NCBI RefSeq assembly: GCF_006345805.1
Contig: NC_043018.1
Coordinates: forward strand, 21,700,001 to 21,764,000
Origin: Octopus sinensis
Lineage: Eukaryota
Length of the DNA: 64,000 bases
Direction: 5' to 3'
Below are positions 13,702-27,370 of the stretch, one piece after another (the stretch's first letter is position 1; every line of letters begins with the position of its first letter). Below the pieces are notes generated by a model. It was not told where the DNA came from. It saw only the letters and a list, made by a program, of their open reading frames with translations, and did no database searches. Position numbers and translations under genes: made by a program.

Positions 13702-13895
13702 GAAGATGATGATGATGAAGGTGATGATGATGATGATAGTAGTAGTGGTGGTAGTGATGGTGGTGGTGGTGGTGGTGGTGGTGGTGGTGGTGGTGATGTC
13801 AGTGGTTGTGGTACTGTTGCTGCTGATGCTGTTGCTGCTGCTGGTGGTATTGCTGGTGGTGGTGATAATGATGATGATGATGATGATGATGATGG
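13530..13895. repeat. (GAT)n/(GGT)n/(GCT)n trinucleotide field
   Basis: Seen directly. Confidence 0.9.
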
Positions 13896-14114
13896 TGGCT
13901 TTACTTCCATCTCAAACCACCATGTAACCAACCCTCCCTTCTAAAATACCCCTCATCAGTAAATGACACCCCCACCTCAAAAGCTACCCTGCATTATATA
14001 ACGACAAGCCATCTCTTGTCTTAAAGTCTGTCTGCTCCCATCGCATAAAAAGCATCCCTTTTCTGTAGAAACCCAACAAAAAAAAATGAAAAATAAAAAA
14101 AAAATACAGACATA

Positions 14115-14530
14115 GGCATGGCTGTGTGGTAAGAAGCTTGCTTCCCAATTACACGATTCTGGGTTCAGTTCCACTGCAGGGCATCCTGGGCAAGTGTCTT
14201 CTACTCTAGGCTCAGGCCAGCCAAAGCCCTGAAAGTGAATTTGATTGATGGAAACTGAAAGAAGCTTGTTGAATGTACATATATATATATATATATATGT
14301 ATATCTATGTGTGTGCATGTGTCATTGTGTCTGTGTTTGTCCCCCACAGCCACTTGACAACCGGTGTTGGTGGGTTTGTGTCCCCCCATAACTTAGCGGT
14401 TTGGCAAAAGAGACTGATAGAATAAGTACTGGGATTGATTCGTTTGACTAAAAATTCTTCAAGGCAGTGCCCCAGAATGGCCACAGTCTAATGACCGAAG
14501 CAAGCGATAGATAAAAGATAAAAAGATAAA
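14115..14530 (+). mobile_element. SINE family B (diverged)
   Basis: Same head, body and tail. Confidence 0.8.
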
Positions 14531-14604
14531 CAAAAAAAAAACAATAACAAGAACCAAAAAAAAAGGAAATAAAAAACATTCAAAATTGTTGAAGATATTA
14601 CATA

Positions 14605-14975
14605 AAACACATACACACACACACACACACAAACATATGTACACCACACATACAAATGCACATAGAGACACAAACACACACACACATGCACACTCACACA
14701 ATCACACACACACATGTACACTCACACACAATCACACACACACACACAATCACACACACACACACACACATGCACACTCACACACACACACACACACACA
14801 CACATGCACACTCACACACAATCACACACTCACACACAATCACATGCACACTCACACACACACATACACACACACATGCACACTCACACAATCATACACG
14901 CACACACACACACACACACATGCGTGCACACGCACACACACACACACACACACGTGCGCGCACACATGCACACAC
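14605..14975. repeat. Degenerate (CA)n field
   Basis: Seen directly. Confidence 0.9.
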
Positions 14976-15204
14976 ATAAAACAAAAACTGAAGTGGAGGA
15001 CTGTTTAATAATTAAATCTTGTAGCAGAAGAATTCCACGGAATCAAGAGAAGAAATATCGGTCATTTGTAACAAATGACCATTAGCAGATGTTTTAGAAC
15101 ATAATATATTAATGTCTTGATGCCAAACATTGATGATGATGAATCTCTGACATTTAAACCAGCAGAACCAGAAAGCTGATACAAGAGGAACCAAGGCCTT
15201 CTTC

Positions 15205-15253
<49 letters not shown>

Positions 15254-15302
15254 GAAGATGTCACACAATATCCAATATTGTGATGTTGTAGATTGAACAT
15301 TA

Positions 15303-15335
<33 letters not shown>

Positions 15336-15339
15336 TATT

Positions 15340-15900
15340 ATTATTATTATGAGTGAGAGAACAGTGCATGCCATCAAAGTGACACTGGGGTAAAATATAC
15401 GAAGCCCAGTATACCCATCATGACTACCTGTCTGATAAGGGTACACTAGGCACATGCATCACAACCATATGTGCACAACATGGTGATCTAATATCAAGAT
15501 AAACAGCACATGACCTTGCAGGTGGAGCCCAGTTAGAATTTTCTTCTGGTTGAGTAGCCCATCCCACTCAAAAGGTCCCTGAATAAGGGTCGTTTAAGGA
15601 TGTTGAACGAAACACCCATGTTTCCAGAGGTGAATTAATCAAACCCCAAAGAATTCCTCTCAACACATGGCTATGATGCTCCCCCACTACTTCTGCTCAT
15701 GATGAGAGATGCACATACCGTCAGCCACTAAGGGACATGCTCAACTGGTTAAGGTCAAACAACTGACAAGCAAATCTGTGGTATTGAGCAGAATATTTGC
15801 TGTAGCCCATCTTTTATACCAAGACAAAACAATGTACATGATAACACTTCCAGTCAGTTAAGATCAGAAGTCATGAGAGCCACTGTCTGGTACTGCATTG
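15340..15900 (-). mobile_element. About 560-bp retro-repeat family F with (AAT)n tail
   Basis: Homologous copies at 3485-3780 (+) and 48318-48745 (-). Confidence 0.7.
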
Positions 15901-15976
15901 TTAATTATAATAAAAGAAATCATTACTATTATTTTTATTATTATTATTATTTTCAAATACACTCAACAGATTAGAT

Positions 15977-16241
15977 CAGTGGTTCCCAAACTTTTTCAGG
16001 CTGCCGCCCCCTTGATTCTAAGGCCACATTCCTAGTGCCCCCCCCCCACCTCACCATTACAGACATTGACCAGTATTTCACTAATAAAACTTAATCTACT
16101 TAACTCTTTATTTTATTTGTCTTTTTACATCCATTGCTCCGTTTTGGTACCCCCGTTATCGCCCCATTTTTCTTCAAGGACCCCTGGATCTTTCCACCGC
16201 CCCCAGGGGTCGGGCAGTACCACCCACTTTGGGAACCGCTC
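15977..16241. mobile_element. hAT (Charlie-like) MITE
   Basis: TIR cagtggttcccaaa / tttgggaaccgctc; 8-bp TSD gattagat / gattagac. Confidence 0.8.
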
Positions 16242-16309
16242 GATTAGACTGCTGGAAAAGAAAAGAATCCTAACATTGGGTTACAACAAGTAACCTTAGA
16301 TGCCAAGAA

Positions 16310-16361
<52 letters not shown>

Positions 16362-16679
16362 TATGTTTGACTTTCGTTTTATATTTGTACAAGTTGGCTC
16401 CAAGTCTCACCCAGAGACCTCAAGAGACAACAGGTAGGAAGTTCATGTTGTTGTTATGCCTAGTGTGCCATATATTTGGTTTTGTATTTAGTGTTGTACT
16501 AGTGAATGTCTTAAAAAAAAAACGAAAATTATGTTTGTTTTAAACCTTGAGATTACATAGTAAGTATTTTGCATAGGATATGAGCAGTTCCCATGAGCAC
16601 TATCTTTTGAATTTTTGCCATTTTGGGGTTTCCTGGTATCTGAGTTAGGTAGCAATCAGCCCCTTTTGCTATCATTCCC

Positions 16680-16759
<80 letters not shown>

Positions 16760-17084
16760 TGAAATTGTAAAGCAGTGAGCTGGCAGAATCGTTAGTGTGC
16801 TAGACAAAATGCTTAGTGGTGCTTCACCCATCACTCTGATCTGAGTTCAAATTCCGCTAAGGTCGACTTTGCCTTTCAACTGTTTTTTTTTTTGGTGAGG
16901 GGAGGTAGGGTCGATAAAATAAGTACCAGTTAAGCGCTGGGGTTGTTCTAAGCGACTTACCCCTCCTCCAAACTTGCTGGCCTTGTGCAAAAATTCGAAA
17001 TCACCACCACCATCATCATCATCATCATTATCATTATTATTATTATAAAAGAAATCATCATCATCCTCCTCATCATAATCATTA

Positions 17085-17470
17085 TTGGATGGAAGCACTC
17101 CGTCGGTTCCGACAACGAGCGTTCCGGTTGATCCGATCAACGGAACAGCCTGCTCGTGAAATTAACGTGTAAGTGGCTGAGCACTCCACAGACACGTGTA
17201 CCCTTAACGTAGTTCTCGGAGATATTCAGCGTGACACAGAGAGTGACAAGGCCGGCCCCTTGAAATACAGGTACAACAGAAACAGGAAGTAAGAGTGAGA
17301 GAAAGTTGTGGTGAAAGAGTACAGCAGGGATCACCACCATCCCCTGCTGGACCTCGTGGAGCTTTAGGTGTTTTCGCTCAATAAACACTCACAACGCCCG
17401 GTCTGGGAATCGAAACCGCGATCCTACGACCGTGAGTCCACTGCCCTAACCACTGGGCCATTGCGCCTCC
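17085..17470 (-). mobile_element. SINE family D with tail type 3
   Basis: Shares the D head and body; unrelated 3' end of about 190 bp. Confidence 0.8.
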
Positions 17471-18204
17471 TAATCATTATTATCATTATCATCATAAAAG
17501 AAATTATTATTATTGTTATTATTATTATTATAAAAGAAATTATTGTTATTACTTTTACTATTATTATTATTATTTGGCCTTATTGGACATTACTCTGAAG
17601 CATTGGATATTTATTAAAACCATCCGCAAAAAGAAAAGAAAGAAAATTCATAACACAAAAATATAAATAAATAATAAAATAAAATGTTTGTTTTGTTTCG
17701 TCATTTTTATCTGTTTCCGATCCATTATTTTGTTTTCCTTAATTTATAAATCTATATAAATTGATTCTGCATACTTATAGATTTTCATGAGAGAAGAAAA
17801 AAAATCTGTGTTTTTAGGGTTAAATAAACCTGCAAATTTATAGATTTTTAAATTCCGTTATTGACACAAACAAGGCATTGTTGTTCGTTGGTTGGATGCA
17901 CAAAACAACGGATAAAGAAAAGGGTTTGGTTCGTATTCTGCTGCGTGAAGGGTGGGGTAGTTGGGAGGTTGGGTGGTTGGTGGGGCGAGGGGTGGGGATT
18001 CACTGCCCTCGTGCCCCTGAGTAAAACATTTGAAAACTGGGCCCAGGGCCATGGCTGATTGATTAATAGAATATTCGTCAGCCACAGCATTGGGTTAGAT
18101 GAAATAAATTGACTTTCAATTAGAACCATGATTAACAGTATCATCATCATCATTTGATGTTTTCCATGATGCCAATGCTGCTGTTGTTGCTGCTGCTGCT
18201 GTTT

Positions 18205-18578
18205 GTTTGTTGAGCGAAGTGGTCTTCATCCCGTCTGTAGTGGGAGAAGTCCGAAATGTGGTCCTTTGCTATTCGTAAGACCTGCAGAAGAGAAAGTAGG
18301 TCAACCCCCGACACCGAGAGCATCGACGGATGGATGAATGCGCATCCAGGCTCAGCGGTTGCGTAGGAAGTCGGGGAGGACAAGAAACAGGAAGAAAGAG
18401 TGAGAGAAAGTTGGGGCGAAAGAGTACAACAGGGGTCGCCAACACCCCCTGCCAGAGCCTCGTGGAGCTTTAGGTGTTTTCGCTCAATAAACACACACAA
18501 CGCCCTGTCTGGGAATCGAAACCGCGATCCTCCGACTGCGAGTCCGCTGCCCTAACCACCAGGTCATTGCGCCTCCAC
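18205..18578 (-). mobile_element. SINE family D with tail type 4 ((AAAC)n end)
   Basis: Shares the D head and body; unrelated 3' end of about 170 bp. Confidence 0.8.
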
Positions 18579-18914
18579 TGCTGCTGCTGCTGATGATGAT
18601 GATGATGCTGCTGATGATGATGTTAGTCATTACTGTAATTGATGGACAATTATTTCATTAATCCCGATGATTCTATTAATCCTTATGATCCTTTAACAAC
18701 AGTTATTTCACCAATCCTCGGCCCGTGAGAAGACCAGAACTTAGACTTCGTGGGTGCCGCCCCTAGGCCGAGAGGTTTTAAGGGGACCGCTATGATTTTG
18801 CAAATGTAAGATTTTAACTGTTTGGATGCAAATAATAGGACTGTGTACTGTAAAAAAAAAAAAACATAACATTGTAAATAATCTAAACACAATCTAACCT
18901 TTTTTGGTTACTCT

Positions 18915-19131
18915 CTTTACCCTTTTACTCTCTTTACTTGTTTCAGTCATTTAACTGCGGCCATGCTGGAGCACCGCCTTTACTCGAGCAAATCGACCCC
19001 GGGACTTATTCTTTGTAAGCCCAGTACTTATTCTATCGGTCTCTTTTTTGCTGAACCGCTAAGTGACGGGGACGTAAACACACCAGCATCGGTTGTCAAG
19101 CAATGCTAGGGGAACAAACACAGACACACAA

Positions 19132-19164
<33 letters not shown>

Positions 19165-19335
19165 CATATATACGACAGGCTCCTTTCAGTTTCCGTCTAT
19201 CAAATCCACTCACAAGGCATTGGTCGGCCCGGGGCCATAGCAGAAGACACTTGCCCAAGATGCTACGCAGTGGGACTGAACCCGGAACCATGTGGTTGAT
19301 TAGCAAGCTACTTACCACACAGCCACTCCTGCGCC
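18915..19335 (-). mobile_element. SINE family B, full length
   Basis: Reverse complement of 23531-23945. Confidence 0.85.
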
Positions 19336-19914
19336 TTGTAAATTTTGGTATGAAAAATCTGATTTGTATTCTGGAAAATATGATAATTTTAAACTCCAGG
19401 CTTTAGGTTTCTCTGGCTTAAAGGGACCCTCCCACCTCCCACCAATGCTTGCTTGTCTCCACTTCACAAGCTTGGAAGGGGCCTGAACCATGGCTCATAT
19501 TGACACTTACATAATCCACCCCTGGCCATGACTAACAATTGTTTTATCAATCCCATGACTGTGACTAACAATTATTTTAATCAGTCACAGAGTTATGACT
19601 AACAATTATTCTAACAATTCGGAATGAAGAAAAAAAGCCAAATTTGTCATTGGTGGATCATGAAGTCAGAACATAAAGGCATCATGTCTAAATGTCACAT
19701 ATGATCAATTATAAACCAACACAGCAACCTCTACATGATACTTCAATCTGCTAGATATAGCAGTCAAATCTCTGAATCATTGGTTCTCAAAAATGACAAT
19801 TACCAGCCAACCCACCAAAAATAGGGTAATATTCACCCCTTGCCTTCATTAATGAGAAGATGAAATAGAATTTACATCTTCATCATTCTTATTTCTTCAC
19901 CAAGGCAATAGATA

Positions 19915-20235
19915 TCATCATCATCATTGTTTAACGTCCATTTTCCATGCTAGCATGGGTTGGACGGTTCGACCAGGGTCTGGGAAGCCAGGAGGCTGCA
20001 CCAGGCTCCAGTCTGATCTGGCAGTGTTTCTACAGCTGGATGCCCTTCCTAACGCCAACCACTCCATGAGTGTAGTGGGTGCTTTTTACGTGCCACTGGC
20101 ACAGGGGCCAGAGGAGGCTGGCGATGTCCACGATTGGTTGGTGCTTTTTATGTGCCACTGGCACAGACGCCAGTCAAGGTGGCACTGGCATTGGCGACGT
20201 TTAGATGCTGTTTTTTACGTGCCACCAGCATGGAT
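19915..20235 (-). mobile_element. Family A copy
   Basis: Same core sequence. Confidence 0.75.
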
Positions 20236-21105
20236 GTCACAACTACAATTTCCATTTGATTTTTATTTTAATATTGATGTACTTGACTCAATAGATCTCC
20301 TCAAGAACAGTGGGTCACCCTACGATCCAAGGTAAGCACAGCAGGCCGTCCTGTGAGCCATGAACTCACTTTATTTGTCGGATCTTCACAGTCGACATGT
20401 TTAACTTTTTAATGTTTAAACTGACCATATCAGTCCAAAATATTCTGCCTGTTTTATCTTGAAAGTGGCTAAATCTGGTCTCTCACACTCACCCTAAAAT
20501 ACTATTCACACTGTCGAAATCTCAAAGTCACAAGATTTGATGTCAATATTATTCTTGTTGACAAGGTGGCAAGCTTGGCACAATCCTAAACACACCAGAC
20601 AAAATGCTTAGTGGCATTTCATCCATCCTTACATTCTGAGTTCAAATCCCACCAAGGTCCACTTTGCCTTTCATCCTTTCGGAGTCGATAAAATAAGTAC
20701 CAGTTGAGTACTGGGGTTGATGTAATTGACTTATTCCTTCCCCAGAATTTACTGGCCTTGTGCCAAAATTTGACGTCAATATTATTATTCTTGTTGACAA
20801 GGCGGCAAGCTGACACAATCCTAAGCACACCAGACGAAATGCCCAGTGGCATTTCATCTATCTTCACGTTCTGAGTTCAAATCCCGCTGAAGTCCACTTA
20901 AACATTCATCAGTTTGAGAGTCAACAAAATAAGTACCAGTTATACACTGGGGTCAATGTAATTGACTAACCCTCTCCCTACAACAAATTTCAGGTTTTGT
21001 GCCTAGAGTATGAAGAATTATAAAGGATCATTAATTGCCAGACTTATTAGAACATTAGCAAAAATATGTCTAACTAATTACAATAGTTTTGGTCAATAGA
21101 GTACC

Positions 21106-21336
21106 TATTTCTTTATTACCCACAAGGGGCTAAACATAGAGGGGACAAACAAGGACAGACATAGGTATTAAGTCGATTACATCGACCCCAGTGCGTAACT
21201 GGTACTTAATTTATCGACCCCGAAAGGATGAAAGGCAAAGTCGACCTCGGCGGAATTTGAACTCAGAACGTAGCGGCAGACGAAATACCGCTAAGCATTT
21301 CGCCCGGCGTGCTAACGTTTCTGCTAGCTCGCCGCC
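21106..21336 (-). mobile_element. tRNA-derived SINE family C, young copy with 18-bp TSD
   Basis: TSD tttggtcaatagagtacc at 21088-21105 and 21337-21354; B box gagttcaaattcc. Confidence 0.9.
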
Positions 21337-21619
21337 TTTGGTCAATAGAGTACCAGTAATATCATGGGGTGGTCTGTGATTGGCCTCCTCACTGCCATCA
21401 AACTCATGGAATTATTATTAAGAGCTTTGTTAACGACTGGTAATTAGCTGATTGACTGACCAACTGGCCAACTGACCGTAGTAGTTTTGGTCAACAGAAT
21501 GAAGGAGAAAAGTTGTGTGTCTCAATAAATTATGGAATTTAATGTCTGGCTTTATAATAAATGGTATCTGGTGGAAGCGACATCTTCTTGTCTTCTTTTG
21601 CAAGAATGGCGGTGGTGAT

Positions 21620-21851
21620 CACATGGTGATGGTGTTTGTAGTAGCAGTGGTGGTGGTGGTGGTGGTATGTTGATTGTATCGATGCTGGTGCTGGTGGTAG
21701 TGTTGGTAGGACAGCGTGGTGGAGCTAGTGGTGATAGTGATGGTATCATAATGGTGGTAGTGGTAGCAATGATTATGGTGGTGGTGGTGGTGGTTGAAAT
21801 GACATGATAGTGATGATATTGGTGGTGGTGGTGATGGTGGTGGTGGTGGTG

Positions 21852-21895
<44 letters not shown>

Positions 21896-21896
21896 C

Positions 21897-21950
<54 letters not shown>

Positions 21951-23213
21951 TTTGTGGTGGTGGTGGTGTTAGTGACAGTATAGTGATTATGCTGGGGCAG
22001 GGCAGGGTCAATGATGGTGGTGGTGATTATAGTGGTGGCGGTGGTGGTGGTGGTGGTGGTGGTGGTGGTGCGTATGTGTGTGTAGTGGAGCATAATGGTA
22101 GATCGATGGTGGTGGCAATGGACTGCTGACCATCTTGGTGATGATGTTGGCTGTGATAATAACGACGACATTAGAGGTGCCAGTGGGTGGTGTCGATGGA
22201 TGGTGTTGCTGGCAGCAATGGTCACTAAGAGAGAGAGAGAGAGAGAGAGAGAAGCAGACTGATTGATGCTGTGTTCACATTCCACACGAGGAAGAAGAGA
22301 TAGAAACCAACTTTCAGTCTGGAAGAGATGGAATCTAATTACCACTGCGGCAGTTTTTATGACAAATATCCAGCACAGAGGAACGATGACAGGTTGGCTG
22401 TGTGTGTGTGCGTGCATGTGTGTGCGTGTGTGTGTGCGTGTGTGTGTGCATGTGTGTGTGTGTGCATGTGTGTGTGTGTGTGTGCAAGTGAACGTGTGTG
22501 TGTGTGTGTGTGTGTGCATCTGTCAGTGTACATGAGTCTGTATGTGTGTGTGTGTCGATGTGTGTGTGTGTGTGTCGATGTGTGTGTCGATGTGTGTGTG
22601 TGCGTCCATATGTATGTGTCCGTGTACGAGTCTGTATCTGTGTGTGTCGATGTGTGTGTGTGTGTCGATATGTGTGTGTGTGTGTGTGTGAGTCTGTATC
22701 CATGTGTGTGTGTGTGTGTATACAAGTGAATCTGTCTGTCAGTGCATGCATGTGTGTATGTGTACAAGTGAACATATGTATATGTGTGTGTGTGTGTGTC
22801 CATGTATGTGTGAGTCTGTATTTGTGAGTGTGTGCGTGTCTTTCAGTGCACATGTGTGTGCGTGTATGTGTGCAAGTGAAAATATATATATGTGTGTATG
22901 TGTGTGTGTTTATAGTTATGTCTGGTTGCATGTATAGATGTGTGTGTGTGTGTGTGTGTATGCATATAGTTGTGTGTGTACTATGTGTAGTGTATGCATC
23001 CATGTAAGTGTATGTGTGTGTAGCATGTGTATCTGTGTGTGTGTGGATGTGGTTGTCTATATGTGTGCAATTGTTTCTGTGTGTGTATACATGCTGTGTC
23101 TGTATATGCGTGTATGTGTGTGTCCCCGTGCGTGTAACTGTGTATATTAACATGTATGTCTGTGTGTACAGTTGTGTATGTTTGCATGTATATGCTTATT
23201 GTCTAAGTGTATA

Positions 23214-23254
<41 letters not shown>

Positions 23255-23360
23255 TGTGCACATGTCTAGCTATCAATGATGTGATGATAATGATGTTGAT
23301 GATGATGATGATGACGAAGATGATGTTGATGATGATGATGATGGCAATAATGATTTAGTG
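21620..23360. repeat. Compound simple-repeat field: (GGT)n/(TAG)n, then degenerate (TG)n, then (GAT)n
   Basis: Seen directly; source of many spurious ORFs. Confidence 0.9.
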
Positions 23361-23530
23361 ATAGGTGGGAAGTGGGGGCAATGATGACAGTGCCCATGGT
23401 ATTGGTGAAGCTGGTGGTGACAATGATGTTGATCATAATCACAAAATTGATGACAATTATTGTTGTTTAGCCCTAGGTCAGTCTTGATCAATGAGACAAT
23501 GAGCAAATGAAATTTTTTTTTTTACTATAG

Positions 23531-23945
23531 ATGCAGGAGTGGCTGTGTGGTAAGTAGCTTGCTTACCAACCACATGGTTCTGGGTTCAGTCCCACTGCGT
23601 GGCACCTTGGGCAAGTGTCTTCTACTATAGCCTTGAGTTAACTAAAGCCTTGTGAGTGGATTTGGTAGATGGAAACTGAAAGAAACCCGTCATATATATG
23701 TGTATGTATATATATGTGTGTGTATGTATATGTTTGTGTGTCTGTGTTTGTCCCCCCAACATCGCTTGACAACTGATGCTGGTGTGTTTACGTCCCTGTA
23801 ACTTAGCAGTTCGGCAAAAGAGACCGATAGAATAAGTACTAGGCTTACAAAGAATAAATCCTGGGGTCGATTTGCTCGACTAAAGGCATTGCTCCAGCAT
23901 GGCCGCAGTCAAAATGACTGAAACAAATGAAAGAATAAAAGAATA
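23531..23945 (+). mobile_element. tRNA-derived SINE family B (full length, internal TA/TG microsatellite)
   Basis: A box tggctgtgtgg, B box ggttcagtccc, CORE-like ccttgggcaagtgtctt and (aaaagag)n tail. Further copies: 10625-10935, 11630-11790, 14115-14530, 58980-59345, 62590-63130 (+); 18915-19335, 24470-24805, 25790-25990, 26365-26600, 55420-55825, 56890-57285 (-). Confidence 0.85.
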
Positions 23946-25210
23946 ATAATTGTGTATCATACCAGGCTGAAGATGGAAAGGATGGCTTCCCTTTGCAAAT
24001 ACTGATAGGACACAGAAAGTGTGTCAATAGCCAGCTGGGGGAGAAGTCTTCCTGGGGCTACAAGCTGAAGTTGCATCCACCCTTAGGGGTTAGCCACATT
24101 TAAGTGACAAATATATTTCACGATATATATATATATTTAGGAAACCCCCTACAAAGTTACCCTCTGAAGCATAAGTCCAAGCAAGGTTGTTTATGGAAGA
24201 CCAGCAGTCGCCCATGCATACCAGCTTCCCCTCTCCACATCATTGATGTTATCTAAGGGAAAGGTAAAGGGGCCGATACAGCTTGGCACCAGTGATGTCA
24301 CAACTCATTTCTGCAACTGAGTGAACTGGAGCAATGTGAAATAAAGTGTCTTGCTCAAGAACACAACACAAAGCCCGGTCTGGGAATCGAACTCACAACC
24401 TCATAATTGTAAGTTCTATGCTCTAACCACTAAGCCATGTGCCTTCACACACACACACACACACACATACTCTTTTACTTCTTTCAGTCATTTGACTGTG
24501 GCCATGCTGGAGCACCGCCTTTAGTTGAGTAAACCGATCCCAGGATCTTTTGCTGAACCACTAAGTTACGTAAACACACCACTGTTGTCAAGCGATGTTG
24601 GAGGGACAAACAGACACACAAACATATATATACATATATATGATGGGCTTCTTTCAGTTTCCGTCTACCAAATCTACTCACAAGGCTTTGGTCGACCCGA
24701 GGCTATAGTAGAAGACACTTACCCAAGGAGCCACGCAGTGGGACTGAACCCAGAACCACATGGTTGGTTAGCAAGCTACTTACCACACATCCACTCCAGC
24801 GCCTATACATATATATAAAAAAAAGAATCAAAAAGTGGATACACACACGTTTATGTAGATTTGCCTAAACTATTATACATTCAACAGATCATAGTACATT
24901 GCTACGTTATACGTCATTATACAAAGTTATTTCAATTTTAAAAAAATCTCATCAAACAATTTATTTAATCAAGAAAAAAGAAAAAAGAAAAAGAAATCTG
25001 GTTTTATAAAATCTGTCGCGTTTTGGTAAATAGTCCTACAAGATTTACTTCCCTTGTATTAGAAATTACATCCAGTTCAATTCTAATTTTTTTCCTTCCC
25101 TCGCGATGATGTTTCAGCATTAATCGGTTTGACTGAAGATTTATCGGTCTTGGACTGCGCCCATGCTGGGGCACTGCTTTAAAGGTTTTAGCCGAACAAA
25201 TCAATTTTCT

Positions 25211-25470
25211 TTTTACTTTTTCATTCTTGTTGTTTCTTTCTTTCATTCTTTCTCTCTCTCTTCTCTCCTCTCTCTCTCATCTCTTTCTTCTTTCTCCTTT
25301 CTCCGTCATTCTCTCTCTTCTCTCTCTCCTCTCTCTCTTTTCTTCTCTTTCTTTCTTTCTTTTTCTTTCATTCTTTCTCTCTCTCTCTCTCTTTCTTTCT
25401 TTCTGTCTTTCCTTCTTTCTTTCTTTTTTCTTTCCTTCCTTCCTTCTTTCCTTCCTTTCATTCTTTTCTA
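25211..25470. repeat. Polypyrimidine (CT/CTTT) tract
   Basis: Seen directly. Confidence 0.9.
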
Positions 25471-25994
25471 AAAAACAATCTGGTGCTAATTCTTTCGAAG
25501 CTCTTTGGCCGAACTGATTGTTTGTTTGTTACGAGGATGTAAACAAACAAACACCGGTTGTCAAGCGGTTGGTCGGGGGGGGGGGGACACACAAAGGCAC
25601 ACGGACACACTCACACAGACACATATATGTATACATACATACATATACACGCACATATACATATGCCCACACAGACATATATATATACAGAAAGGCATAC
25701 ACATACACACACCCACCACACACATACATATATAATTTCTTCACATTATTTTGAATTAACGAAGCATTCGGATTTTTGTACCTATCTCTTTTTACTCTTT
25801 TACTTGTTTCAGTCATTTGACTGCGGCCATGCTGGAGCACCGTCTTTAGTCGACCAAATCGACCCCGGGACTTATTCTTTGTAAGCCCAGTACTTATTCC
25901 ATCGGTCTCTTTTGCCAAACCACTAAGTGACAAGGACGTAAACACACCAGCATCGGTTGTCAAGCAATGCTAGGGGGACAAACACAGACACAGA

Positions 25995-26041
<47 letters not shown>

Positions 26042-26609
26042 GTTTATTCTTAAAATGGCATTGTAGGGTAGTGTGAGAGGCCTGATCTAACTTGTTTGTA
26101 CACAAAAACAGGAAAAAATATTTGGAGGCCGGATGTTGCTGGTTTAAATACTAAAAGGGTTAAGGCAGCAACCTGCCACATTTATTAGCATGTCAGATAA
26201 AATGTTTAGCACCATTTGTTCTGAGTTCAAATCCTGCCAAGGTTAACTTTGCCCTTTATCCTTTTAGGGTTGATAAAGGAGACACCAATTGAGCCCTGGG
26301 GTGGATGTTATTGATTAACCCCCCCCCCACACACACACACACATGCAAATTTCAGACCTTGTACCTATCTCTTTTTACTGTTTTACTCTTTTACTAGTTT
26401 CAGTCATTTGACTGCAGCCATGCTGGAGCACCGCCTTCAGTCGAGCAAATCGACCCCGGGACTTATTCTTTGTAAGCCCAGTACTTATTCTATCAGTCTC
26501 TTTTGCTGAACCGCTAAGTGACAGGGACGTAAACACACCAGCATCGGTTGTCAAGCAATGCTAGGGGGACAAACACAGACACACAAATACATACACACAC
26601 ACATATATA

Positions 26610-26850
26610 TCATCATCATCATCGTTTAACGCCCGCTTTTCATGCTAGCATGGGTTGGACGGTTCAACTGGGGTCTGGGAAGCCCGAAGGCTGCACCAGG
26701 CCAGTCATATCTGGCGGTGTTTCTACAGCTGGATGCCCTTCCTAACGCCAACCACTCCGTGAGTGTAGTGGGTGCTTTTTATGTGCCACCGACACAGGTG
26801 CCAGACGAGGCTGGCGAACGGCCATGCTCGGATGGTGCTTTTTACGTGCC
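26610..26850 (-). mobile_element. Family A copy
   Basis: Same core sequence. Confidence 0.8.
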
Positions 26851-27141
26851 ATGTGTGTGTATGGCCACAGTTCAATGAGTGAAACAAATAAGAAATGAAA
26901 GATAAAGAACAGAAAATAAGAAAAATAAAGAACGGCTGAACGTAACTTTATGTCTTTTGGTTGAAAACTCAAACAGTTTTTTCTGAATTGTACAACTTTT
27001 AACTTACCTTGTTCCAACAAATTTCAGAATCTTCTTATCTGTCATTATCTTAGATGAGTTTCTTTAATTTCCCCAACAGAATGGTGAGGGTGACAGTGAA
27101 ATCTGGCAATTGGCGCCAACCCTACTGAAGAGGCTTTGGTC

Positions 27142-27370
27142 TTAACCCTTTCGTTACCAACCCGGCTGAAACCAGCTCTAGCTCTGTAATACAAATGTTT
27201 TCTTTTCAAGAGTTCTGAATTAAAATCTTCCACCAAACTTTAGTCACAATTTATGTTCCTAACACTAGCTGAATGATAACTAAGTTATTTTGCTAGATTC
27301 TTTGTTATATTTAAAATAATTGAAAGAAGCACAGAGCATCTCAAAATAAATACGATAACAAAAGGGCTAA
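27142..27370 (-). mobile_element. piggyBac-type MITE family G
   Basis: ttaaccctttcgttac TIR; reverse complement of 42290-42517. Confidence 0.8.

Noticed and set aside
13425-13944. poly-S/P and poly-D/G ORFs resembling the IAP linker
   Set aside because: Pure simple-repeat field with no domain and no phase-compatible splice sites found.
21552-23506. Long His/Thr and Cys/Val ORFs (up to 272 aa)
   Set aside because: Translations of (CA)n/(TG)n/(GGT)n microsatellites.
27001-27145. Overlapping exon-like signals on both strands (MTDKKILKFVGTR minus; NGEGDSEIWQLAPT plus)
   Set aside because: Each has only one good splice site and no recognisable homology.
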